Source of the DNA: Mobula hypostoma
Taxonomy: Eukaryota
Assembly (NCBI RefSeq): GCF_963921235.1
Contig: NC_086121.1
Coordinates: 30,752,001-30,816,000 of the forward strand
Length of the DNA: 64,000 nt
Direction: 5' to 3'
Each line of letters begins with the position of its first letter. The first letter of the stretch is position 1. This document shows, one piece after another, positions 47,342 through 60,210 of the stretch. The position numbers and the translations under genes were made by a program. Below the pieces are notes generated by a model. That model was not told where the DNA came from and did not search any database. It saw only the letters and a program-made list of their open reading frames with translations.

Positions 47342-49156
47342 CTTGTATGCCTCTATCATGTCTCCTGTCATCCCTTAATCTCTGATCATAATCCATACTC
47401 TCTAAACCAGGCAACATCCTGGTAAATCTCCTCTGTGCCCTTTCCAATGCTTCCACATCCTTCCTATAGTGAGGTGACCAGAACTGGACACAGTACTCCA
47501 AGTGTGGTCTTACCAGAGTTTTATAGAGCTGCATCATTACATCACGACTCTTAAACTCTATCCCTCGATTTATGAAGCCTAACACCCCATAAGCTTTCTT
47601 AACTGCCCTATCTACCTGTGAGGCAACTTTCAGGGATATGTAGACATGTACCCTGAGATCTCTCTGCTCCTCCACACTACCAAGTAACCTACCATTTACT
47701 TTGTACTCTGCCTTGGAGTTTGTCCTTCCAAAGTGTACCACCTCACACTTCTCCGGGTTGAACTCCATCTGCCACTTCTCAGCCCACTTCTGCATCCAAT
47801 CAATGTCTCTCTGCAATCTTTGACAATCCCCTACACTATCCACAACACCACCAACCTTTGTGTCATCTGCAAACTTGCCAACCCACCCTTCTACCCCCAC
47901 ATCCAGGTCGTTAATAAAAATCACAAAAAGTAGAGGTCCCAGAACCGACCATTGTGGGACACCACTAGTTACAACTCACCAGTCTGAATGTACTCCCTCC
48001 ACCACGACCGTCTGCTTTCTGCAGGCAAGCCAGTTCTGAATCCACCTGGCCAAACTTCCCTGGATCCCATGCCTTCTGACTTTCTGAATAAGCCTACTGT
48101 GTGGAACCTTGTCAAATGCCTCACTGAAATCCATGTAGATCACATCTACTGCTCTACTCTCATCTATATGCCTAGTCACTTCCTCGAAGAACTCTATCAG
48201 GCTTTTTAGACACAATCTGCCCTTCACAAAGCCATGCAGACTGTCTCTGATCAGACCATGATTCTCTAAATGCCCATAGATTCTATCTCTAAGAATCTTT
48301 TCCAACAGCTTTCCCACCACAGACGTAAGGCTCACTGGTCTATAATTACCCGAACTATCCCTACCACCTTTTTTGAACAAGGGGACAACATTCGCTTCCC
48401 TCCAGTCCTCCGGTACCATTCCCGTGGACAACGAGGACATAAAGATCCTAGCCAGAGGCTCAGCAATCTCTTCCCTCACCTCGTGGAGCAGCCTGGGGAA
48501 TATTCCATCGGGCCCCGGGGACCTATCCATCCTAATGTATCTTAACAACTCCAACACCTCCTCTCCCTTAATATCAATATGCTCCAGAACATCAACCTCA
48601 CTCATATTGTCCTCACCGTCATCAAATTCCCTCTTATTGGTGAACACCAAAGAGAAGTATTCATTGAGGACCTCGCACACTTCCACAGCCTCTAGGCACA
48701 TCTTCCCACCTTTATCTCTAATTGGTCCTATCTTCAGTCCTGAAATCCTTTTGTTCTTCAATGCCTTGGGGTTTTCCTTTATCCAATTCACCAAGGCCTT
48801 CTCATGCCCCCTTCTTGCTCTCCTCAGCCTCTTCTTAAGCTCCTTTCTTGCTACCCTATATTCCTCAATGGACCCATCTGATCCTTGCTTCTTGAACCTC
48901 ATGTATGCTGCCTTCTTCCACCTGACTAGATTTTCCACCTCACTTGTCACCCATGGTTCCTTCACCCTACCATTCTTTATCTTCCTCACCGGGACAAATT
49001 TATCCCTAACATCCTGCAAGAGATCACTAAACATCGACCACATGTCCATAGCACATTTCCCTGCAAAAACATCATCCCAATTCACACCCGCAAGTTCTAG
49101 CCTTATAGCCTCATAATTTGCCCTTCCCCAATTAAAAATTTTCCTGTCCTCTCTGA
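47339..49156 (-). mobile_element. Young CR1 ORF2 RT region with a single in-frame stop, both ends truncated
   Basis: SPGPDGI, NYRPVSLTSVVGKLLE, DFSEAFDKVPH, TSGVPQWSVLGP, KFADDTK. ORFs 47976..49346 and 47232..47924 share a frame, separated by TGA at 47976-47978. Confidence 0.95.
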
Positions 49157-49635
49157 TGAGATCCCCCCTCATCCTTCTAAGTTCCAGTGAGTACAGCCCC
49201 AGAGCCATTAAAAATTCTTCATACGATAATCCTTTCATTCCCGGAATCATCTTTGTGAACCTCCTCTGAACCCTCTCCAATGCCAGCACATCTTTTCTTA
49301 GATGAGGAACATAAAGCTGTTTGCAACACTGCAGGTGAAGCATCACCAGTGCCTTATAAAGCCTCAGTATTATATCCCTGCTCTTGTATTCTAGATCTCT
49401 TGAATGATACTATCACATTTGCCTTCCTTGCCACTGACCCTAGCTGCAAGTTAATCTTTAGGGTGCTCTGCACAAGGACTCTCAAGTCCTTTTAATCTGA
49501 GAGTTTTGGATTTTCTCCCCATTTAAGAAATAGTCTGCACATTGATTTCTTCTACCAAAGTGCATGATCATGCATTTTCCAACATTGTATTTCATTTGCC
49601 ACTTTCTTGCCCACTCTCTTAATCTGTTTAAGTCT
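49153..49635 (-). mobile_element. Second CR1 (C-terminal fragment)
   Basis: HLRKDVLALERVQRRFTKMIPGMKGLSYEE..MRGDLI plus upstream remnants. Confidence 0.9.
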
Positions 49636-50035
49636 TTCTGGATCGTCCTTCACAATTTCCATTGGCTCCAATACAATTTCACAACCAGAGGCATCTTTCT
49701 GCCCCCTTCCTTTTCCTTCCTGCATTTTGAAGGGACTGTTCTCTTCAGGAATCCCTGGTCTGTTTTCTGTCCCACCAACATCCAACATCTCCTCATCCTG
49801 TGGCATTTTGTTATTCAACCACAGGAGGTGCGACTCTCGTTCTTTGACCTTTACCTCTCACACCATCCAGGGTCCCAGCTGATGCAGTGCTCACTAAGAC
49901 TTCTGTCAATCTAGTGTACTGCATGTGGTGCTCACAATATTGTCTCCATTGTCCAGAGAAACCGAACAGTCTGCTGGATATAATCTTACTCTTCCTGTCC
50001 CCGCCACTTCATCCCACTCTTATCTACATACCTAA

Positions 50036-50150
50036 TACAAGCTGCTCTAAGAATCCATCTCTGAGGCATTCCACAAACTCCCTTTCTTGGGGTCCAGTAC
50101 CAACCTGATTTTCCCTGTGTACCTGCATGTTAAAATCTCCCATAATAACC
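50036..50150 (-). mobile_element. CR1 endonuclease fragment
   Basis: VIMGDFNMQVHRENQVGTGPQEREFVECLRDGFLEQL. Confidence 0.85.
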
Positions 50151-50466
50151 GATGTTGGGGGAGTCCAGAACCAGAGGCCACAGTTTCAGAATAAGGGGTA
50201 GACAATTTAGAACAGAGTTGAGGAAAAACTTTTTCACACAGAGGGTTGTGGTTCTGTGGAATGCTCTGCCTCAGAGGGCAGTGGAGGCCAATTCTCTGGA
50301 TTCTTTCAAAAAAGAGTTAGATAGAGCTCTTAAAGATAGCGGAGTGAAGGGATATGGGGAGAAGGCAGGAAAAGGGTTCTGATTGTGGATGATCAGCCAT
50401 GATCACAGTGAATGGCGGTGCTGGCTCGAAGGGCTGAAAGGCCTACTCCTGCACCTATTGTCTATT
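50151..50466 (+). mobile_element. Young CR1 3' end
   Basis: MLGESRTRGHSFRIRGRQFRTELRKNFFTQRVV..WNALP; tail CTATTGTCTATTG. Confidence 0.92.
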
Positions 50467-52599
50467 GACTACCTGTGGCTCCTACACTGTTGTGATAAGG
50501 CCAGACAGACGTTTGAGCATAAGTAATTCATCTTCCAGCTGGGGACATGGCAGTCTTCTAGCTTCAATGTCAAATTCTCCAACCTCTGACAACACACGTC
50601 CTCTGTTCAATTTGGAACTGGCTATTTTTGCTACAGCTAATCTGTCAGTGACGTTGGTTCAGTTTTTCTGCACACTTTTCTGCTATTGGAGGCACACCTC
50701 ATTTCCTTGTCAGCCTCTGATTGCCACATTAACAACTCATCCCAACAGCGAGTTTGGCCCCAGCCTATCACAGTTAATGCCCTGTCCATTCTTGGTCTCC
50801 AATCTCTCTACACTTAAAAGTAACATTTTTCCTCCCTGTGTCCCAGTTCTGATGAAAGCTCTGTTTCCTGACCTGACAAGTATTTCCAGCATTCCCTATT
50901 TTGTTTGAGCCAATTCACACCAGTTGATATTCCCTGAATCAAATGAGTAGTGCTGATGCCTATCGCCATTGAGTCTAGAACTTCTCAGCTTTTGCATCTT
51001 TCTTTCCTTTTTGAATAATTTCATTAAAAACTACTACCAGTTTAATTAGAGTCATCGAAAAGTACAGCACAGAAACAGGCCCTTCTTGAATTTTGGCGGA
51101 GTGGAAGGGATTGTAAAATGGAACCAGTTAATCATAAGTGTTTGTATTTTGCAAGGTTCTCCGTATTAAACAGTTTGCTTTTATTTGAAGATGAAATCTT
51201 AAACACAAATGAATGGTGTAGAGATTTCTTACAACCTTCTCCGCAGCTAGTCTACTGCTCCAAGAGTGCACATCAATAGAAGGACTGGCCTGAAAGTTCT
51301 TGAGATACTTAATGTGCAATGGAACCTTTATCCTCCTAATTAGGTACAGCATCTGCTGTAATCGCTGTGGCAAAAGGTCTTTTAACTGCTGCCTTTGGGG
51401 TTATTTTGTTGTAAAGAAGTGGAAGAAAGCTCTACAGGAATCCACTGGGCTGCCAGGAATAATTGCATTTGTCGGAAAGGAGAATGAGAGGCCTTGTGGG
51501 GAAGAGAAAAGCCTGAGCATTGATTGCCTTTTTGTATTTCCTGTGAAATGGTCTGATCCCAGTCATTAGTGTAACACAAACGCTCCACCATGACAATGAG
51601 AAGAGAGTGAGTGAATTGGTGCTTCATTTAGTTATTGAGAATATGGGCAGGATCACAGCATGAATGGGGGTGGAATGACACCACCCCCTCCTCCTCCTCC
51701 CCTGCCTTCCTTCCAAACACAATCTGTGCTCTGGGGAACTATAGTCTGAGGGCTGTATGTTTGCTGTGGATTCACCACACAGCTGGACTCGAGTTGAATG
51801 CTGGAAAGAGTTGTTTTTGCTTTGCAATACTTCAGATTTTGTGCTCAAATTTGATAGGCAGCCTTAACCGTGAATCAGAAGAAAGACTGTGCACTCTGAA
51901 TCATACCCTGGTAAACTGGGAGAGAAGCCTAACATAAATCAAAACCAAGTGGTTTGGAGGTGGCCACCCTGATTCTTAAGAACCAATACTCTGCAAGAGG
52001 AATGGAGAGTAAGGAGTAGCATAATTATATGGCCGTCGAATAGAATTAAATGGCATAGGAGGTAAGGGAAATGAAAGATATGAATATGTTTTTGTAATGT
52101 ACAGGATAAATAAAATAAATGTGCTGGACCAGACTCAAAGGGCTAAATGGCCTAATTCTGCTCTTACAACTTATGGTCTTATAGAATGAATGGTTTTCGA
52201 AGACACATTCTTATTTTGTCCCAGTAAATAGCATCTTATTAAGTAATTTCTGTCTTGGCACTCAGAGCCAGAACGGGCAACCTGGATTGTAAGGAACAGA
52301 GGCCTACATGCGGTCAGGGCCATCTGCGTAGACATTCAATGTGATGGTACAGGCTGGATTCTGTCCAATTTATGGAACTAACAAAGCTACTGTTATCCTC
52401 CATATAACCCTGCAGTGGGAGTGCTTCTCCCATCTAATGTAGTAGCTCTCAGCAAGCTGCTGAAGAGTAGAAGAAAGTAGAATCTTCTCCTGGCTACGAA
52501 TGTAAGATCATGTGGAATCAGAAGAGAAATGATAGAAAGGAAGACCACCAGACAACATAGCAGAAAGCAGAGAACAAGAAATGCATGGTGTTTTACAAT

Positions 52600-53312
52600 A
52601 GTTGGTCTCATAAATAGAGTTTTTTTACATAAATAATTTGGACTATGGATTTAGAAACGTAATTTCAGAATATGGACACAGGACTTTACTTAGGACATCG
52701 TAAAATTCATGTTCTCTGTATTATGAAGAGGATATTGAGGCACTGAAGAAGGTCAGAAAAGATTTACTAGAATAATACAAAACCTCAGAGGCTGTAGCTA
52801 CCTGGGAAGATTGAGCAAGTTGACCCTGTTATATTTGGAAAAGGTAAGACTGAGAGGCAACTGGATGCCCAATTTCCCTGCCAATGAAACCCCAGTTCTT
52901 TCACAGTGGTATTCCACCCTGTAATTGGGTCACAGGAACAAATGGAAAAAACACTATGCTGAAATTGTTCCAGGAATCCTTTGATCCATATGACTCCATT
53001 CCATGGAAGTCTTCTCATGGAAATGTTTAATGAGGTGAAGGCAGATAAACTGTTTTACTTGTACTTGATACTGGAATGAGAAAGTGAAACTAGACTGTCA
53101 GCAATAAAATTGGGCAAGTTAGGAGAAACGTAGTGACCCAGAGAGCCTAGAATGTTGAAACTTCCTCTGGGATTAGTTGAGTAAATAGCACAAAAGTATT
53201 TCAGGGAAAGGTAGAAAAGCAAATGAGAAATAATTTATCAATTCATTCATTGAAGTAGGATGGTAGAAGGCTCCTAGAGATTGGTAGGAATTTAGTGGGC
53301 ATTATGGACTGC
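52600..53312 (+). mobile_element. Highly degraded CR1 fragments
   Basis: GAGGATATTGAGGCACTGAAGAAGGTCAGAAAAGATTTACTAGAAT... Confidence 0.5.
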
Positions 53313-53602
53313 AATATTATGGAAAAGGAACTCCATAGTACAACATTTTCCCCACATTATAAAGAGTCTTTGGTTACTAACTATTCAGGTTACTAACTAT
53401 TCTGGAAGGAAATCTTGGCTCTCTCCACTAATCCCTAAAGGCACTAAATAGGAGAGCTGATCATATGAAATGCAAACTTCATCATTTTAAACCCATAGGA
53501 ATAGGCATCAAAAACTTGCTTTTATGGGTTACATGGCTGCACATCACAGGGTTTTAGAAAGTGCATACATTTTAATCAGGTTGATTAAATTCAGGCTGCT
53601 TC

Positions 53603-56080
53603 TCAGGATGAGGATCAACAGGTGACGTAGTGGTTAGCACAAAGCTTTACAGTACAGCCCACCCAGGTTCAATCCCTTTCACTGCGTGTAAGAAGTTTCT
53701 ATGTTCCTCCCTGTGACTGCGTGTGTTTTCTCCAGGTGCTCTGGTTTCCTCCCACAGTCCAAACACGTAGGTGAATTGGCCATTGTAAATTGTCCTGTGA
53801 TTAAGCTTGGACGAAATTAGGGGATTTCTGGATGGCATGGCTCAAAGTGCTGGAAGGGCCTATTCTGCACTGTATCCCAATAAATAAGTAATAAATAAAC
53901 ACCTCATATTCTGTCTAGGTAGCCTCCAACATAATGGCAGGAGCATCCATTTCTTTAGCTTGTGATAATTACAAAGTGAGTGCTATTGTAGTGTGGTGGA
54001 TTGATCTCTTCATTGCTGAGGCTAGGTGGCAACTCTTAGACGTATCCTCTTACTTACTCTTTGAAAAGGACCCCACTCAGGACAATCAGGACATTGTCTC
54101 CAACACCATCACCAACTCATTAGCTCTGGGGATCTCCCATCCACCGCCACCAATCTCACAGTTCCTTTACCCTGCACTGCTCATAACTATCTCCTACCCA
54201 AGATCCACAGACCTGCCTGTCTGGTAGGCCCATTATTTCTGCCTGCTTCTGCCCCACTGAACTTGTGTTCACGTACCTCAATTCCATTTTATCGCCTTTG
54301 GTTGAGTCCCTTCCCATCTACATCTACAACACTTCACATGTGCACAATCTCCTCAGACCTTTCAATTCCCTTGCCCTGATTGCCTAACTTGCACCATGAA
54401 TATCCAGTCCCTATACACTTCTATCCCCCATCAAGAAGGCCGAAAGCTCTCTGCGTTTTTCCTGACAACAGACCCAACCAGTTCCCCTCCATCACCACCC
54501 TCCTCTGTCTTGTAGAACTGGTCCTCACCTTTAACATTTTCTCTTTTGGCTCTTCCCACTTTTCCCAAACTCAGGGTGTAGCCATGGGTACCTGCATTGA
54601 CTCCAGCTATGCCTTTTATATTGGTTATGTGGGACAGTCCATGTTCCAACCCTTCCTTTGTAACACTCCCCAACTTATTCTGCTCTACATTGACAACTGC
54701 ATTGGTGCTGCATCGTGCACCCAGGCTGAGCTCATCAATTTCATCAACTTTGCCTTCAAATTCCACTTTGTCAAATTCACTTGGTATATTTCTGGCACCT
54801 CTCTTCCCTTTCTCGATCTCTCTGCCTCCATCTTTGGAGACAAATATTTATTGATACCTTTTATAAAACCTCCGATCCCCACAGCTATCTTGATTATACC
54901 TCTTCGCATCCGGTCTCCCTTTTATTCTATTCCCTTTTCTCAGTTCCTTTGCCTCTCCGCATCTATTCCCAAGATGAGGCTTTCCTTTCCAAGACATCAG
55001 AGGTGTCCTCCTTCATCAAAGAACAGGGTTTCCTTTCCTTCACCCACATCTTCATTCCCGGATATCTGCACTCACCTCATCTTCCTACTGCCTTAACAGA
55101 GATGGAGTTTCTTTCATCCTTACTCATCCTCATCCCATGAGCATCCACATCCAAAACATCTTTCATGCAACTTCCGCTGTCTTTAATAGGACCCTACTAC
55201 CAAACATATCTTTAACAACCCTCTCCCCGCCCCCACCAGCTCTCTGCTTTCTGCAGGGAACACTCCTTCTGTGATTCCCTGCTTCATTCATGTTTCTCCC
55301 ACTCATCTCCCTCCTGGCACTTATTCCTCCAAGTGGCAGAGTGCTATATCTGCCCATTCACCTCCTCCCTCAGGCACCAAGATAAGGGCAACACTTCACC
55401 TGTGAATCTGTTGAGGTAAACTACTGTATCCCATGCTCCTGGTGAACAATGGTGAAACCCAGTGTAGATTGGGGATCGCTGTGTTTAACCCCTCTGTTCC
55501 ATCCAAAATAACCCAGAATTTCCAGTAGCCAACCAATTTAAATTCTATCCCCATTCCCATTCCAACTTGTCAGACTACAGCCTCCTCTTCTGCCACAATG
55601 AGGCCACACCCCATATTCTGTCTAGGTAGCCTCCAACCTGATGGCATGAGCATTGATTTCTCCAATGTCCCATTTTTTTTTGTCCCTCACTTTCAGTTCC
55701 CCAGTCTGGCCTCTTAACTCTTCTCCTTACCTACCCATCTCCTCCCTCTGGTGCCCCTCCCCCTTCCCATTGTCCTATGGTCCACTCTCCTCTCCTATCA
55801 GATTCCTTCTCCCCCAACCCTTTGCGTTTTCCACCAATCACTTCCCAGCCTCTTATTTCATCCCCATCCCCACCCTGACCCACCTGGCTTCACCTATCAC
55901 CTCCTAACTTGTCCTCTTCCCACTCCTCCCGCCTTCTTATTTTGTCATCTTCTTCCTTTCCAGACCTGATGAGCATCGACAGTTTTCTCATCTCCATAGA
56001 TGCTGCCTGACCTGCTGAGTTCTTCCAACATTTTCTGTCTGTTGCTCTGGATTTCCTGCATCTGCAGAATCCCTTGTGTT
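53603..56080 (+). mobile_element. Penelope-like element (upstream partial pLTR, RT, GIY-YIG remnant, pLTR), pseudogenised
   Basis: QTQGVAMGT, YIDNCIG, FLDL, FYKTSDPHSYLDYTSSHP; CATATTCTGTCTAGGTAGCCTCCAAC occurs as a direct repeat at ~53905 and ~55612. Confidence 0.92.
53621..53899 (+). mobile_element. V-SINE (HE1-like) nested in a PLE pLTR
   Basis: tRNA head GTAGTGGTTAGCAC..GGTTCAATCCC, V-domain, CR1-like tail, (AATA)n. Confidence 0.85.
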
Positions 56081-56390
56081 CGAAGTTTAAATCCTTGCTC
56101 TTTTTTAATTTGGATTCTCACATCTCATAACCCAGTGGAGAATTTATCCATGATTCAAACCGTCATTTTCTAGTCTCTTTGCTCCTTAACTTCAAGCAAG
56201 ACAAGTGAGTAGATACTCCATTGTCAATGAGCATTGTGTTTTTATAAATGGGACCATGAACCTTTGCGTGTCAGTTTGTTTTGGAGCTCAATTTGTTATT
56301 TTGGAGACATTCTCGCCTCAATATTAGAGTTGTAAAATTGTTAACATGGATACTGAATGGTGTTAGCCATAGTGTAGCCATGTTCATTGA

Positions 56391-56650
56391 GGTGGCACAG
56401 TAGCATAGTGATTAGCACAGCGCTTTACAGTACCAGCGACCCAGGTTCAATTCCCACTGCTGCCAAAGGGTTTTGAATGTTTTCCCCATGACTGCGTGGG
56501 TTTCCTCCAGGTGCTCTGGTTTCCTCCCACAGTCCAAAGACCTACCATTTGGTAGGTTAATTGGTCATAGGGTTAAATCGGGGGCTTTGCATGGCACAGC
56601 TGAAGGAGCTGAAAGGGTCTGTTCCATGCTGTATCTCAATGAATAAATAT
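56391..56650 (+). mobile_element. V-SINE (HE1-like)
   Basis: GGTGGCACAGTAGCATAGTG..GGTTCAATTCCC head; V-domain; AATGAATAAAT tail. Confidence 0.85.
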
Positions 56651-56714
56651 ATAACGGTGATCATTGTACTCTGCTTTAGATATGTGGTTCTCTTGAAACC
56701 AATGGGACCACATC

Positions 56715-56805
56715 GCATTGGTGATTACACTTCAGAAATCATTCACTGACTAAAGGGTCTGTGATCATAAAAGGTGCTATTTCAAGTCTTTTTCTTCTTC
56801 CTCGC
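56715..56805 (+). mobile_element. Deu-domain SINE 3' fragment
   Basis: GTGATTACACTTCAGAAA..ATAAAAGGTGCTAT..CAAGTCTTTTTC. Confidence 0.55.
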
Positions 56806-57109
56806 TCTTTTCTTTTGCAGTTCTTCCAATCTACAGACATTGCCACTCTAAGTCTGATTCCTGATCAGGTGCCCCCATTATTGATCACAGCGCCTCTGTT
56901 CAATAAATGATAAATGTTGCCCAGTCCTTCTTACTGACTAATAAATTTTGCTGAGTCTCAATGTGTGCAGATTAAGTTTGGAAGCATTGCTTCACATTCA
57001 TTTTTCAAGGCTAGATTTTGGTCTGATACTGTTTACCACTGCATTATTTGTCCACTTTTTCATAACAGTGCTCTGTGGAGTGCATTTCTTTCCTCAGTCA
57101 CCCCTGAAG

Positions 57110-57800
57110 AAATTTGCCAAGCTTCAGCATGTCGTCTAAAACTTTGAAACACTTTTACAGATGTGTGATGGAGAGTATATTGACTGGCTGCATCACACCC
57201 TGGTATGGAAACACCAATGCCCTTGAATGAAAAAATCATTACAAAAAGTAGTGGATACAAGGCAGTGCATCATGGGTAAAGCTCTCCCTACCACTGAGCA
57301 CATCTACATGGCGCACTGATGCAGGAAAGCAGCATCACCACCAGAGGACAAAGGACCCTCACCACCAGAACATGCCCTCTTCTCATTGCTGCCATAAGGA
57401 AGAAAGTACAGGAGCCTCAGGACCCATACCAGCAAGTTAAAGAATAGTTAAAGAATTAGCCTTCTACCATCAGGCTCTTGAACGAGAGGGGATAACTTCA
57501 CACGGCTTCACTTGCCCCATTACGGAAATGTTCTCACAACCTATGGAATCTCATTCAAGGACTCTTCATCTCAAGTTTTCGATATTTATTGCATATCATT
57601 ATCATTTTTTTTCTTTTTTGTATTTGCACAGTTTGTTGTCTTTTGCACATCGGTTGTTTGTCTGTACCATTGGGTGCCGTCTTGCAATGATTCGATTGTG
57701 TTTCTTGCATTTACTGTGGATGACCACAAGAAAATGTATCTCAGGGTTGTATATGGTGACATAGATGCACTTTGATAATAAATTTTCTTTGAACTTTCAA
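57110..57800 (+). mobile_element. Rex1/Babar LINE 3' fragment
   Basis: FYRCVMESILTGCITPWYGN; tail CTTTGATAATAAATTTTCTTTGAACTTT. Confidence 0.9.
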
Positions 57801-59269
57801 TTCTCAAAGAGCAGCTGTGGAAACTGAACTTCAGGCAGGCTCAGGCAACGGAGGAAAAAATCAGAGGAAAGGGAAAAACGTAGGGATTTCCTTATGCAGA
57901 ACAAATTCAGTCAATCTTCATTGGTAGTGTATAGTGAACTCTCAAAACTCTCCTGCTTATTTTATTTTCCAGTTACTAGTTGCCAATAAACAGTCCATTT
58001 TAAGCCTGGCCCCAAAACTGATTTCAACCATATTGTCTTTTATCCAGCTGGAAAACCAGCTTGGGAAGCCTTGTGACATAGTCCAGGATGCCATCCTTGT
58101 CGGGTAAGATGTTGTTGCTTTGATGACCTATGAGCTTGTGGACTTCAGGAGTAGATACAAAGCTCAGGAAAGTGAAAAACTTCATAGCTAAGAAGTTTCA
58201 AGACATAATTAATTTTCATCGAAGGCAATGAGGGAGGAGAAGTTGGAACTGTGTGAAATAACTGTGGTGAATCAGAAGGGGATGTTCACTTTCAACAAGT
58301 GATTGTGGTTAAGGGTTAGTTACTCACTAGAATCAAACACAAGCCATGGCCTGGGGAAAACCATCGTGACAGTTAAAAGCTTGTAGCCTGGGAGTTTGTT
58401 AAAGAGCAATGCAATGGGATAAAAGTACTGATTAGTGTGATTGTGTTACAGGTTGCACTCTGCATTAACAGTGAGTCGCTCAGAGTTCACACGGTTTTTA
58501 TGTTCAGCTGTATCACAGCTGTGAGCTTTGTTCACCTGTCTTGATCTACTAATCTCATATTTTATCTTATTCTTATCCTTTTTACTGTGAAACATTATAG
58601 CTGGAAAGCAAAATGTAAAAAAAAAACAGCCTTGATGCCTGTCAACCAGGATGTGTCATTGGAGGGCCATGTTTCCAACTACAATTCCCATCCCGTAGCT
58701 AAGGGGCATTGAACTGATTTTAATGCTTCTTGTCGGATAAGTCATACAGAGGAAATTATAAGATTAAGGATGGGGGGGGTGACAAGGCACAGATATCCTA
58801 GATCTCCCTGTAGAAGCCAGTCACCTACTAATGGAGGCTCATAAAACAGCCTATTCACTTCATAGTTTCAAAGACCTCAGGTACACCACCTCTCTAACCA
58901 AAATCCTTTACTGGGAATAATCCAGCCTGCTGTGGAATGGAATAGTGGGACTCAGCTCTCACATCATTGCGGGTTTATCACCTACAACATTACAAGAGAA
59001 AAGTCTAATTTATTGTTGATACAAAAGTTTTATTTCACTTTACTTCCCAGACTATTTGGAGTAAAACAAATAAATGAATTCAATATAGAAATGTAAAAAA
59101 TACATAGATTTCAAAAATGAGTAGAGAAATTAATTTCTTCTTCATATCTTCACTGTGTTGAAATCAAAAGCATTTAAATTTAAAGACTTCAGACCATGGA
59201 GAACAAAGTTAACGGGCCTTGAAAAATCCAGTGCTGTCTCCTCACCTCCTCAAGGAATCCTACACTGGA

Positions 59270-59350
59270 ACCGATCATACTCTGTTGGTAAACAACAGGA
59301 ATTCTGCAGATGCTGGAAATTCAAGCAACATACATCAAAGTTGCTGGTGG
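59270..59350 (-). mobile_element. PLE terminal fragment
   Basis: TTCTGCAGATGCTGGAAATTCAAGCAACA...GTTGCTGG. Confidence 0.65.
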
Positions 59351-59371
59351 TCACTGCTCTGGATGAACTTT

Positions 59372-59810
59372 TAAAGATTCAAAAATTGAAAATACATTTG
59401 TTATCAATGCAGTACACAACCCTGAAATTCGTCTTTCCACAAACAGCCATGAAACAAAGTATCAACATGAAACCCACTCAAAGAAAACATTAAAAACACC
59501 CAATATGCAAAAAAAGAACAAATCATGCAAATGGCAAAAAGAGTGAAAAACACATAACATAAAGCATCAAATCACAGTTATTGAAACAGTCTAGGAATGT
59601 TTATTTTAGTTCAGTTCGGTTCAGTTCAACTTGGCGCTCTGATGTTCATTGACTGCTGGCTGCAGAGCCACTCTGCCCCAATCAAAATAGCAATTTAAAC
59701 AAAGGAGTAATCCAGAAACCAGAACAAACATACAATGTGAACTTCAGAGTCCTATCCACAATCCATTTTGATTTAACCTTGACCAAGACCCAAGGCACTG
59801 GCATGGTACT
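59372..59810 (-). mobile_element. Family B element, copy 2 (may extend across the gap)
   Basis: Reverse-complement match to 4280-4722. Confidence 0.7.
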
Positions 59811-59885
59811 CTGGCAGACAGGGAGAGAAAGCCCTCATACTCCGGGGAGGGGGAGGGAAGGGAAAAAGAGAGATAGAGATTAGGG

Positions 59886-60210
59886 NNNNNNNNNNNNNNN
59901 NNNNNNNNNNNNNNNNNNNNNNNNNNNNNNNNNNNNNNNNNNNNNNNNNNNNNNNNNNNNNNNNNNNNNNNNNNNNNNNNNNNNNNNNNNNNNNNNNNNN
60001 NNNNNNNNNNNNNNNNNNNNNNNNNNNNNNNNNNNNNNNNNNNNNNNNNNNNNNNNNNNNNNNNNNNNNNNNNNNNNNNNNNNNNNNNNNNNNNNNNNNN
60101 NNNNNNNNNNNNNNNNNNNNNNNNNNNNNNNNNNNNNNNNNNNNNNNNNNNNNNNNNNNNNNNNNNNNNNNNNNNNNNNNNNNNNNNNNNNNNNNNNNNN
60201 NNNNNNNNNN
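59886..60210. other. Assembly gap flanked by a GA-rich microsatellite
   Basis: N run with GAGATAGAGA/GAGATAGGGA repeats on both sides. Confidence 0.95.

Larger units (their letters stand above)
49640..50905 (+). mobile_element. Old PLE (GIY-YIG/pLTR remnant) split by CR1 pieces
   Basis: TSVNLVYCMWCSQYCL..EKPN (GIY-YIG-like); resumes at ~50470; ends CTGATGAAAG...CCTGACCTG..TATTTCCAGCAT. Confidence 0.65.

Noticed and set aside
48373-49116. 247-aa + strand ORF
   Set aside because: Antisense shadow of the CR1 RT.
47976-49346. 456-aa ORF as a single gene
   Set aside because: It is a chimera. The first ~64 aa are the C-terminus of one CR1 (..MRGDLI), fused in frame at ~49155 to the post-endonuclease region of another CR1.
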